A stretch of 64,000 nt of DNA from NCBI RefSeq assembly GCF_040938485.1, contig NW_027271264.1, forward strand, positions 620,001 to 684,000, read 5' to 3'. This stretch comes from Diadema antillarum. Lineage: Eukaryota. This document shows, one piece after another, positions 54,338 to 64,000 of this stretch; within the stretch, counting starts at the first letter, position 1; every line of letters starts with the position of its first letter. The notes beneath the pieces are model-generated. The model saw only the letters and a list, made by a program, of their open reading frames with translations. It searched no databases and was not told the DNA's origin. A program made the position numbers and the translations under genes.

Positions 54338-55084
54338 CTGGAAATGAAGAAACAAAAAGAAAAACAAATGCATATGGTGCACAAACATTTTATTTGTTTC
54401 CATCATATTCATTGAAAGATTGACTTTATAATTTCTTTTACTAAGATTAACCTTTTAATAGCACAATTTTCAGGTAGCCCTTTGTAAATGTCCACAAACA
54501 AGAATTTTTTTTTTTGCCCAGCAGAGATCGGACAGATTGGTGATCTGCATCAATGCAAAAGCAGTCAAACGGTACATGCATCCTCATTTGAAAATTGCTC
54601 ATAGATTATCACTCAGCTTGGAAGGTCCAGGTACAAATGGCAGACAAGCTACATTCTCCAGTTGTGTGTTAGCCATTTGCTACAATATGACAAGAAGGAT
54701 AACATGTCATCCAGATTGCAACCAGTGGTTAATTCATGTGGGGCACATCAGGTGTAAGATGCCCTTTATTTTTGTCTTTTTTTTAACAAAAGAAATAAAC
54801 AGAAAAACTGGAGGACGTGCGTGTGGTCCCTCCTCCCCCCCCCCCCCCAACTTTCACAGAATTCCTGGACCCACCCCTGACAACACAAACACTGGTACAT
54901 GGTAGCCAGGATACTACATTCTTTGCTTGTGTGTAGTTTATGTCATCCTTTTTAATTGCTATTAAAGTGTATAAGACAGCAATAGCATCATTTAATCTTA
55001 ATTACTGATGGATATTCCAACAAGATTAATGCAGCAATATCTGGTTGGGTTTCCCAACAAGATTAAGGCTTTACAAACACTCAC

Positions 55085-55176
55085 CAGTTAGAAGTTGGTC
55101 AGAGCTGACATTGCTTCGTTGTTCAATTCTGGTACTGGTATCTCGTGAATGCAGTCCATGTCCTTGGTGATGCCAA
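55085..55176 (-). pseudogene. Repeat exon 3d (92 bp, 22-bp deletion, frameshift to TAA)
   Basis: Splice sites intact; 22 bp shorter than 3b between GAAGCA and ATGTC. Confidence 0.7.
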
Positions 55177-55662
55177 CTGGAAATGGAGAAAACAAAAAGA
55201 AAAAGAAAATACACATGGTGCATAACTATTACATTTTTTTAAAAATCATATTTATTGAAAGATTGACTTTATCATTTCTTTCAAAGGACAAAATGTCATC
55301 CAGATTACAACCCATGGTGGATCCATGCGGGGTCACATAGGGTTTAAGATGCCCCCCCCCCCTTTTTTTAGCAAAAAAATTAACAGAGAAAAACTGGAGG
55401 ACATGCGTGTGGTCCCCCCCCCCCCCTCCCCAATTTGCAGAATTCCTGGACCCACCCCTGAAAACTGCAAAAAATACTGGTACATGGGAGCCAGGATGCT
55501 ACATTCTATGCTTGTGTATAGTTGATGTCATTCTTTTTATTTGCTATTATATGGCAACAATAGCGTAATTTAATCCGGATTACTAAGGGATATTCCAACA
55601 GGATTGATTCAGCAATATCTGGTTGGGTTTCCCAACAAGGTTAAGGCTGTACTAACACTCAC

Positions 55663-55779
55663 CATTGAGAAGTTGGTCAGAGCTGATATTCTGCTGGGGT
55701 GAATCTGACGGTGCTCCTTCATTGTTCAATACTAGCATTGGTATCTCAGGAAGGCAGCTGATGTCTTTTTTTATGCCAA
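55663..55779 (-). CDS. Repeat exon 3c (117 bp, phase 1-1, open)
   Basis: CATTTACAG|...|GTGAGT; VGIKKDISCLPEIPMLVLNNEGAPSDSPQQNISSDQLLN. Confidence 0.7.
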
Positions 55780-56519
55780 CTGTAAATGAGGAAAACAAAA
55801 TATACATAGCCTATGTTTATTTTATTGTTTCTATCAGGTTTTTTTCAAAGATTGAATTTATCTTTTTTATATTAAGATTAACCTTTTAATACCACAATTT
55901 TCAGAAAGCCCTATTTAAATGTCCACAAACAAGAGGGTTTTTTTTGCCCATCAGCAGAGATCGGACAGACTGGTGATCTGCATTAATGCAAAAGTAGTCA
56001 AACGGTACATGCATCCTCATTTGAGAATTGCTCATATAAATTATCACTCTGCTTGGAAGGTCCAGATACAATTTGCAGACAAGCTACATTCTCCAGTTGT
56101 GTGTTAGCCATTTGCTACAATATGACAAGAAGGATAACATGTCATCCAGATTGCAACCAGTGGTTGATTCATGTGGGGCACATCAGGTGTAAGATACCCT
56201 TTATTTTTGTCTTTGTTTTAAACAAAAGAAATGAACAGAAAAACTGGACGACATGCATGTGGTCCCCCCCCCCCCCCCAACTTCACAGAATTCCTGGACC
56301 CACCCCTGACAACTGCAAAAAACACTGGCACATCGTAGCCAGGATACTACATTCTTTGCTTGTGTGTAGTTTATGTCATCCTTTTTAATTGCTATTAAAG
56401 TGTATAAGACAGCAATAGCATCATTTAATCTTAATCACTATTATGGATATTCCAACAAGATTAATGCAGCAATATCTGGTTGGGTTTCCCAACAAGATTA
56501 AGGCTTTACAAACACTCAC

Positions 56520-56633
56520 CAGTTAGAAGTTGGTCATAGCTGACATTTTGCTGGGATGGATCTCCTGGTGCTTCGTTGTTCAATTCTGGTATTGGTATCT
56601 CGTGAATGCAGTCCATGTCCTTGGTGATGCCAA
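56520..56633 (-). CDS. Repeat exon 3b (114 bp, phase 1-1, open)
   Basis: CATTTCCAG|...|GTGAGT; VGITKDMDCIHEIPIPELNNEAPGDPSQQNVSYDQLLT. Confidence 0.7.
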
Positions 56634-57106
56634 CTGGAAATGAAGAAAACACAAAGAAAAAGAAAATACACATGGTGCATAAATATTGCATTTTTAAAAA
56701 AATCATATTTATTGAAAGATTGGCTTAATCATTTCTTTGTCATCCAGATTACAACCCATGGTGGATCCGCGCAGGGACACATGGGGTTTAAGATGCCCTT
56801 TTTTTAAACAAAAAATAAACAGAGAAAAACTGGAGGATGTGCATATGTTCCCCCCCCCCCCCCCCCACCAATTTACAGAATTCCTTGACCCATCCCTGAC
56901 AACTGCAAAAAATACTGGTACATGGTAGCCAGGATGCTACAGTCTTTGCTTGTGTATAGTTGATGTCATTCTTTTTATTTGCTATTATATAACAGCAATA
57001 GCATAATTTAATCCGGATTACTAATTGATATTCCAACAAGATTGATTCAACCATATCTGCTTGGGTTTCTGAACAAGATTACTAGTAAGGCTTTACAAAC
57101 ACTCAC

Positions 57107-57223
57107 CATTGAGAAGTTGGTCAGAGCTGACATTCTGCTGGGATGGATCTAACGGTTCTCCTTCACTGTTCAATACTAGCATTGGTATCTCTAGAATGCA
57201 GCTGATGTCCTTTTTGATGCCAA
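57107..57223 (-). CDS. Repeat exon 3a (117 bp, phase 1-1, open)
   Basis: CATTTACAG|...|GTGAGT; VGIKKDISCILEIPMLVLNSEGEPLDPSQQNVSSDQLLN. Confidence 0.7.
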
Positions 57224-58053
57224 CTGTAAATGAGGAAAACAAAATATACATAGTGCATACATTTTACACTGTTACTATCCTATTTTTTTTTTAAGATGAT
57301 TTTTTTTTAAAATTAAGATTAACCTTTTAATACCACATTTTCAGATAGCCCTATGTAAATGTCCACAAACAAGAGTTTTAATTTTGCCCATCAGCAGAGA
57401 TCTGACAGACTGTGGTGATCTGCATTAGATGCAAAAGCAGTCAAGCGGTACATGCATCCTCTTTCCACAGTCAATTGCATGTGCTTATGAAGAATACAAA
57501 AACATTGGAAGTGAGGCACAAAAATATCATTTGCTGATAGGCTTACAAACTCTTTTGTTACGTATAGGGCACCCGAATGGGGTCAGTAAGCCAAAATTCT
57601 TTAAACTCAGCCTTGCTGGCTACACACATAGATTTTCAGTTTTGCAGCAAAACAAGGCATTATGAAATTGGAAAAAGTAACTAACACAAAATACAAGCAG
57701 ATGTGACACAGAAAAAGAAAAGAAACTGATAGAAGGTCTAATCTGTTCATTAAAGTTTTTTTTTTTTTGTAGGCATAACACAAATAAACATGAATTAAGG
57801 CTACACAAGTACACGCTCATGTCTTTATTGTGAAAACTTGGTATACCAGGTTGTGCTGTCTATGAGTTGACACCATGGAAACCTTATATACCAGGCACTA
57901 CTTCATTGCATTCATACAGTATGGAGTAAGCTACTTCTAACATTGCAGCACAGTTATGAAGTTATTAGAGGCATTGAATAAACACACACACACTATACAC
58001 TGTCCATACTTTTTACTACAAGTATGTATTCGTTTGTGTGCGCACAATCTTAC

Positions 58054-58350
58054 CTAATTTCGCCAGGTAAATGCTGTCATCATCGTCATAATCAGAAGTA
58101 TTATCTTCGTCACTGCTGTCTGCGGTGCTTGTGTTTCCATCATCGCTACTGCTTTCAGAATTCTTTCCCCCATACACAGCAGTAACTGTGCCTTTCCACA
58201 GTTTCCTGTGCCATCGCATTGACACACGAACTCCAAGTCGTGGGAAGCATGCCCTTCCTGAATTTCAGCTGATCATCAGCTACGGTATTCCTTGTACCAT
58301 CTTTGTCCCAAAGGACTTCAACATCTGTTGGTTTCCCTGAGGACAAAGAG
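58054..58350 (-). pseudogene. Exon 2: Trp-containing module plus acidic linker, with one +1 frameshift near 58235
   Basis: Acceptor TTTTTGTTTGTTACAG|, donor TTAG|GTAAGA. The exon is 297 bp, one base over a phase-2 to phase-1 exon. Removing one T gives SLSSGKPTDVEVLWDKDGTRNTVADDQLKFRKGMLPTTGVRVSMRWHRKLWKGTVTAVYGGKNSESSSDDGNTSTADSSDEDNTSDYDDDDSIYLAKL. Confidence 0.75.
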
Positions 58351-59614
58351 CTGTAACAAACAAAAACAAAAACATTCACTACAAGTGTACTAAAAATATA
58401 TTTTTTAATTTTAGCAGAAATGTTTTACCTCAAGCCTATCTAGTGGTCTATTTTTACATTGATCATAAAAATGCAAAAGCACAATTCAACTCATATTATA
58501 AACGGATAGAGGGCGAAGATCCCCTGTGCTTATGGTACTGCAAAACTACTCTCTAGAATGTGTGGGCACCTATAGCCTAGCTAGGCTAGATCTGACAATT
58601 GGAACATTGCATTAAGACCTCAATTTATATATCTTAATTGTAGAACATCAACATATTACTATTAGATATCACAGGAGGGGCTTACTCAAGTACTGCCCTC
58701 TGGCCTGTTAACACACTAAAGCCTTCATTGCAGTGATTTCAATATTATGGAGACTTGGCACTCACAGCGACATAAAAATGCATGCGATAAAAATTCATAC
58801 TCAGTACCGTGTGCGGTACCGTACAAAGCATTTGCAGTTGGCTAGATCTCTGAACAACACACATGTATTTATGGGCCAGCATAATCTAATCCTACTCCTA
58901 GAGTCCTAGGAATCCTAGTATCAGATGAATTTACAGATGTTGGTAATTTATAATCGTTCATTTTACTATAGCCAGTATAGCCTATACTAGGCCCTTCTAC
59001 TACTAGATCCTTGGCTTACATTGGCAAATTCACATGAGATACATTACACTCAGATTTGGGTGTTTTTCTTTGTGTGTGTTTGAAAGCTTGGGGCTCAATC
59101 GGCCATAAAAACATTATAAGTAAGTAGAACCTATCATCAGAACTCTAGGGTCCTACACTCAATGATGAACCAGCGATTAGCGGCTCTAAATTGTTGGCTG
59201 TGACTACGACTCTACGTAGTTAGACTCGTCTAGTAATCTCGTACTTTTTGTGGTAATTCCCAAACAACTCACCCAGAAGTGTTAACAGTTTGGCATTGCC
59301 CACACCCACTACGTATGAGGTCCGTATATGGACCATAAGCACATAAAGCCAACTCAATGAGATCATTGTGAACGTTGTTTTCTTCTAGATTAGTAAGGGT
59401 CTATGATTTTAAACCCTACTAGAGTATCCCTTTGTACCCACATATTTATCTATACACAGGACTACACCTAACAACACGACGAAATATTTGGGGAAACCCA
59501 CGACAATCTGCGTATTTATCTTGACAAGTGACAATCTTATGGATAGAACTTGCTTGGGTCTGTTCATTTTAATTGAAATCGCATGATTTCATAGCTACTC
59601 ATAATAAAACTCAC

Positions 59615-59646
59615 CGGTCCTGGGGAGGGTCCAGTTGACGCTCCAT
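59615..59646 (-). CDS. Exon 1 of the transposon-borne gene (MERQLDPPQD-R)
   Basis: ACG-ATG-G start context; ends CG|GTGAGT (phase 2), which matches the phase of the exon 2 acceptor. Confidence 0.65.
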
Positions 59647-60303
59647 CGTCTGCTTCTGCCAGTTCTGGCTGATCCGGGGCGATACGACACCTTCACTGAA
59701 CGCGACTCGAAGTTTCGCGTCCACCCGAACCGACGTATAGCGATACGTCGGTTCGGATGAACGCCTTCAGCCAATTCGCGTTCAGGCAAAATGACGTATA
59801 TCAAATTTCTCTGTTAAAAACACAAAATCCGGTTCCAAAATTTTGTGAGTAGAAAGAGTGTGTGCTGGGCTTTCTTAAAACGGCAAAATTTGAAATTCGA
59901 AAAATTTACCGAATTTTGACATATACGACGGTTCGGATGGTCGTCGACGAAATAGCACAGGAACATCATGTTAGTGGGACATCGATTGTTATGTACCATC
60001 AGTTTACATTGCTCTAGTTGCACATGCAATTAACTGCTGTTCTTCTATACATCAGAACAACTTCTTCTTCTTCTTCTTCTTTTTTTTTGACCAACACTTT
60101 GGATCTGTGAATAAGGAGACATGAACATGAAATAAGAATATGAGGAAGGACATGTTAAAATTGGGATAAAATAAGAATAAAAGAAGGGCATTCACATTCA
60201 AGAAATGGCTACTGTGACAATGATAACATGACACCAGGTGTACAGTTGGGTGGGGGAGGGGGGAGGGGTGTGGGGGGGGGGGGGGGAGAGACCAATAAAA
60301 GCT

Positions 60304-60481
60304 CAGGGCTACCAACACTGGAAACTAGTTGAGAGTGAGACTCCCATAGGCCAATGCTATAATGTAGGAGTCAAAATGAGTGAGATCAATAGAAATGCAT
60401 GCAAACGAAATAAAGTTTTAGAGTGAGAAAGGACCAAAATGAGTGAGTCTCACACTCAATGCGTGAGAGTTGGCAGCCCTG
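60304..60481. mobile_element. hAT-like MITE with a 6-bp TSD
   Basis: TIR CAGGGCTACCAAC / GTTGGCAGCCCTG; AAAGCT directly repeated at 60298-60303 and 60482-60487; internal GTGAGA repeats. Confidence 0.85.
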
Positions 60482-61841
60482 AAAGCTGATGTTAGAAACG
60501 TGTCACAGTTTCTTCCTGTACCCTGCTACCCAATTAGTTAGGATGCCATGGAAGTTTCGAATGCACCGAGTCGTTAAATTCAGTAAACATGTTTGCTGAT
60601 GATAAGGAGGAGGCATGGGCATGGCTGAATGGCAGGTTGGCTGTAGCACCACAGGTGTTTACAACCCCCATAGTCCAGCCCCCTGAGGCCACACATGTAT
60701 CTCTAAATAGACGGGTACTTACTGATGCAGCTTCCATCCAGAGTAGATGTGAAATTGGTATTGACTCGCCCAAAGCAACTTTATACAAACCATTTTTCCT
60801 CTGTTAAATGGTGATATTGCACGAAAATCTACAGAAAATGTAATTAGCAGACTATCAATATTCCATCCCTTCTGATTTCTCATACAAAATTCATACTTTG
60901 ACCTATCCAAGAGAGGCTTTCTGTGCAGGATGGCACGGATGTGCTATGGTCCAGAGGATTGTCAATTGCATTTCAACGAAAAGATTTAAAGTTCAAGAGT
61001 TCAAAGTTCAATGCCAAGGCATTTGAGTCTGTGGGGACAAGATACTACCCCCCCCCCCCCCCCCACACACACACCCCTCTACCCAGTCTACCCAGGGGTA
61101 AAAATTTAGGTACCTTGGCTTGAAGTTGACTCTTATTGTAGTTAATTTTAGCATGCGCATGCCATACAATGGAACCCTTCACAGAGAAAGGGGTTAATGC
61201 ACTCTACGGATAGGTTTCATTTCAGCAATTGAGTAACAATAATGTCATCTGTAGAGTGCTTTGCGCACTATCCAACACAAAGGAGTGGTTCAAGCCCAAC
61301 TGTTTTATAGATATTACCAAAAAAAAAAGACTTTTCACTGACATTTTCTCTCTGTCGTAACTTTATCATTTTCCTGTTGTCTCAACTTGCCGATCTATGA
61401 AGGTACTTGCTTTCAACGTACCTCCCCTCATAACCCTCTTTTTCTTTCTATCTACATAGATTTGTATATAATCTACTTTTCTTCTTTCATTATATCTTTC
61501 CTTGGTGTCTCAGGATCTATCTTAACTTTCACTTCCAATATTGAATGTGTAAGACTATCTATCGTTTTAAAGCAGTAATGGGAGAAATATAAGGCAAAAA
61601 GGAAAAACAAAAAACTAACAGTGATATAGAAACCATTAACACATCAACATTTTGTGGGAAAATGCCTGTAAAACCTTGACTGGAAAATGCTCCCTGCATC
61701 ACGCATTTCGCCACTATTGTGAATATGAAGTCATGTTTGTCATATCAGTGTAACAAAAGGTATGAGATTACATAAAAACTGTTCCTCTATAATATCATAT
61801 GATATGCATATTATGCCTGTACACCTTCAAACTGACTCAAT

Positions 61842-62312
61842 AGCTGCAGTCACACTGGCCAAAGATCAAGAAGTTTAAGATAGCAAAGTCTTCGCGATCT
61901 TTGGTCATCCGTTCACACTGGCTGCCAAACTTCTAGATCTTTGGATCGAGAAGTTTTGGTCACGAGTGTGCATGCGTAAGGAAGAAGAAAGAGTACGACG
62001 TGCGATGGCTAGTGATTGTGATGCAACAATAAACACCAGCACAGCACAATAGCTGTGTGCTTCTGAGGCACTGCCTGAAGACAGGTGGTGGACTGGTCAC
62101 GTGACAAACTTTGCAAAGTTTCAGTTTCTGAAGTGTTCACACTGGCAAAAGATTGAGAAGTTTGGGGAAATATCCCTAGTTTGAGAGGGAAATTTAAGCG
62201 AGAAATTTTGCAAGAAGTTTTGCAGGGAGTTTGCGTTCACACTGGCAAAAGAATGAGACCTTACAAATCACATTCTTCAAATTCTCAATCTTTTGACAGT
62301 GTGATCGTGGCT
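61842..62312. mobile_element. Second, inverted copy of the 50042 family, without nested inserts
   Basis: Ends AGCTGCAGTCACACTGG / CAGTGTGATCGTGGCT; its interior is the reverse complement of 50170-50540. Confidence 0.8.
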
Positions 62313-62925
62313 TTTCTCATCTGTTGAAACAACATTGACATTTATTCTTTGAAAAAGAATAAAATTATATAAATCATTGAATGCGCTTCTGTCATATTTA
62401 CAAAAGACAGCATCTTACCTGAAGCTATGAAATTACAAGTTTGGTTTTTGTTGTTGCTTTACATGCACTACACACTCTATGCTGTCAATGTTCATTCCTT
62501 TCACAGCAACAAAAGCCCACTTTCAAACAGGGAAGAGCACAGCAAATTTATATTTTGCAGACAGGATGTTCTTTGAATTTGCACGCATTCATTAATGCAT
62601 CTGCCTACACATTATACATATATCACTACCTCAATGCCCTGGGCTTGGTTTTCAATGTCAACAACAGGCTGATTCTAAGGTTGAATTTCTGGAATGCAAA
62701 TGAACAGTCTCATCTATACACACAATACTTTTTTTTCCTGTTTTAGTTTCTGCTCCTTATGTACCTGATGGACAAAAATAAATGAGTAAGTGGGGACATT
62801 CCTATTGATTGAGAAAGCCAATAGTGATTGTAACCTTCACTGCATGCAGCTGTTTTTCCCCATCTGTCATTCATAGATTTATTGATTTCAAATTACGGCA
62901 TTGATGCTTTTGAAGTGGATCAGCA

Positions 62926-62942
62926 GTGTGTGTGTGTGTGTA

Positions 62943-62991
<49 letters not shown>

Positions 62992-63020
62992 GTGCATGTA
63001 TGACAGAGAGAGAGAGAGAG
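62926..63020. repeat. (GT)n then (GA)n microsatellite
   Basis: Direct reading. Confidence 0.95.
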
Positions 63021-63153
63021 CAAGGGAAAAATGGAGAGAGAGAGAAGGAAAGAGATGCTTTCTTTCAATAGCTAGGGTTGTAAAAACATCAATAAGTGAA
63101 GCCTAGTGAATGGGAAAAACACAAAATTTGTTGCTTTAGTGACTGTAGTTTAA

Positions 63154-63515
63154 AGGTCTTGTTTACCTTTGGGGACAGTGATTTTAAAAATTTTCAAGAT
63201 ATGACATTTAATGCATAATGTGTAGGTATGTTGTACTACAAAACATCGTATCATATAAAATTTTCGCGATAAAGCCTAAATTATAAGGAGATATCTGTAT
63301 TTTTCTAAATAAACCATAACTGTAGACAGTTTAGTCTGGAAACATTTTTATTATAACTATTGTTCATATTTTGTATATATTTAACAATACTTAACATAAA
63401 TTTTACCAATTCAAATTTTTACAGGGGTTGTCTCTTTCCCTAACTCATATTTTAGAACTATTTTAAAGCACTATTGCTGGGTTTTTGTTTCATCTGCAAA
63501 TAGTAAATTAGGCCT
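63154..63515. mobile_element. Kolobok-like non-autonomous transposon
   Basis: TTAA-AGGTCTTGTTTAC...GTAAATTAGGCCT-TTAA; imperfect TIR, TTAA TSD, RR terminus. Confidence 0.7.
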
Positions 63516-63558
63516 TTAAGTTTAACATCTTCTCCTCACTCTCTCTTTCTCTCTCTTA

Positions 63559-64000
63559 GGCCAAAAAAAAAAAATTGTTGCATTGGCGTAACCCGCCCGA
63601 CCCTAAAAATTCCGCCGACCCCATGTTTTTTCATTATTTTTTTTTTGCTATCGATATCAAATATCTTGTTGATTGCGATTGCGATCGCACAAACCCGGAA
63701 GTGGAAACGGCTCTGGGGATATCGGATGTACGAGGGAGAGATCTAGCGCCTCGCATAAGCCTTCCTTGATCAGTACGTCATCTGTTTCCAACACGGACAC
63801 GTACTCTAACAAGATTTATTCAGTGTATACGTAGCATTCAGACTGCGATGTATTGTGCACAGTTTTGCCATATAGGTTTCTTGTGTGGAGAACTTACACG
63901 AATCTGTATATGTGGGACTGTAATAGAGATCGCCGTGTGCGATGAAAAGATCATACATATGGGTCAATTTGCATCTATCTTATCCAAGTCAAAATAGTAA
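63559..64000. mobile_element. Probable left end of an unclassified transposon running off the window
   Basis: Abrupt start TTA-GGCC(A)n followed by CCCGCCCGACCC/CCGCCGACCC repeats and CpG-rich sequence; the other end is not visible. Confidence 0.45.

Larger units (their letters stand above)
53605..57461. repeat. Higher-order tandem array: alternating ~590-bp and ~860-bp subunits, ~1.45-kb period, 6 subunit starts
   Basis: The landmark AGAAGTTGGTCA.AGCTGA recurs near 53608, 54224, 55086, 55664, 56521 and 57108 (spacings about 615, 860, 580, 857, 587). Five introns carry a decayed hAT-like MITE related to 50545, with ACAAC-like sequence on both sides. Confidence 0.95.
51291..59949 (-). mobile_element. 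8.66-kb TIR DNA transposon, Sola1-like, carrying a spliced gene but no visible catalytic domain
   Basis: 33-bp TIRs CGTCGGCGACCATCCGAACCGTCGTATCTGTCA (51291-51323) and TGACATATACGACGGTTCGGATGGTCGTCGACG (59917-59949) match at 31/33. Exact AAAT duplication at 51287-51290 and 59950-59953. A 4-bp AWWT TSD is the known Sola1 preference. Subterminal copies of TCCGAACCGACGTAT at both ends. Confidence 0.85.

Noticed and set aside
53605-57461. CRISPR-like or simple satellite interpretation of the array
   Set aside because: Eukaryotic context, units of 590-860 bp and no unique spacers; better explained by exon duplication.
60717-60794. Possible ~78-bp minus-strand exon with a GTAAGT donor
   Set aside because: Two frames are open, it lies outside the transposon TIR, and no linkage to other exons is evident.

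Overview
AT-rich eukaryotic DNA, probably from a marine invertebrate such as a sea urchin (inferred from the repeat types, poly-G/C tracts and microsatellites, not proven). I recognise no intact host gene, rRNA, tRNA or CRISPR array. The window looks like a large intron or intergenic region dense in non-autonomous DNA transposons: 12 CTGTA...TACAG MITEs, plus Kolobok-, piggyBac-, Harbinger-, hAT-, Crypton- and Helentron/pearl-like elements, some nested. There is one N gap at 21241-21504. The main discovery is an 8.66-kb element at 51291-59949 with 33-bp TIRs and an exact 4-bp AAAT target-site duplication (Sola1-like). It has no visible transposase catalytic region. It carries a spliced minus-strand gene: an ATG exon, an exon with a Trp-rich module and acidic linker (one +1 frameshift), then six tandemly duplicated phase-1 exons of about 115 bp in an alternating higher-order array. 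All splice phases join correctly. Superfamily names come from terminal signatures only; no database searches were run.
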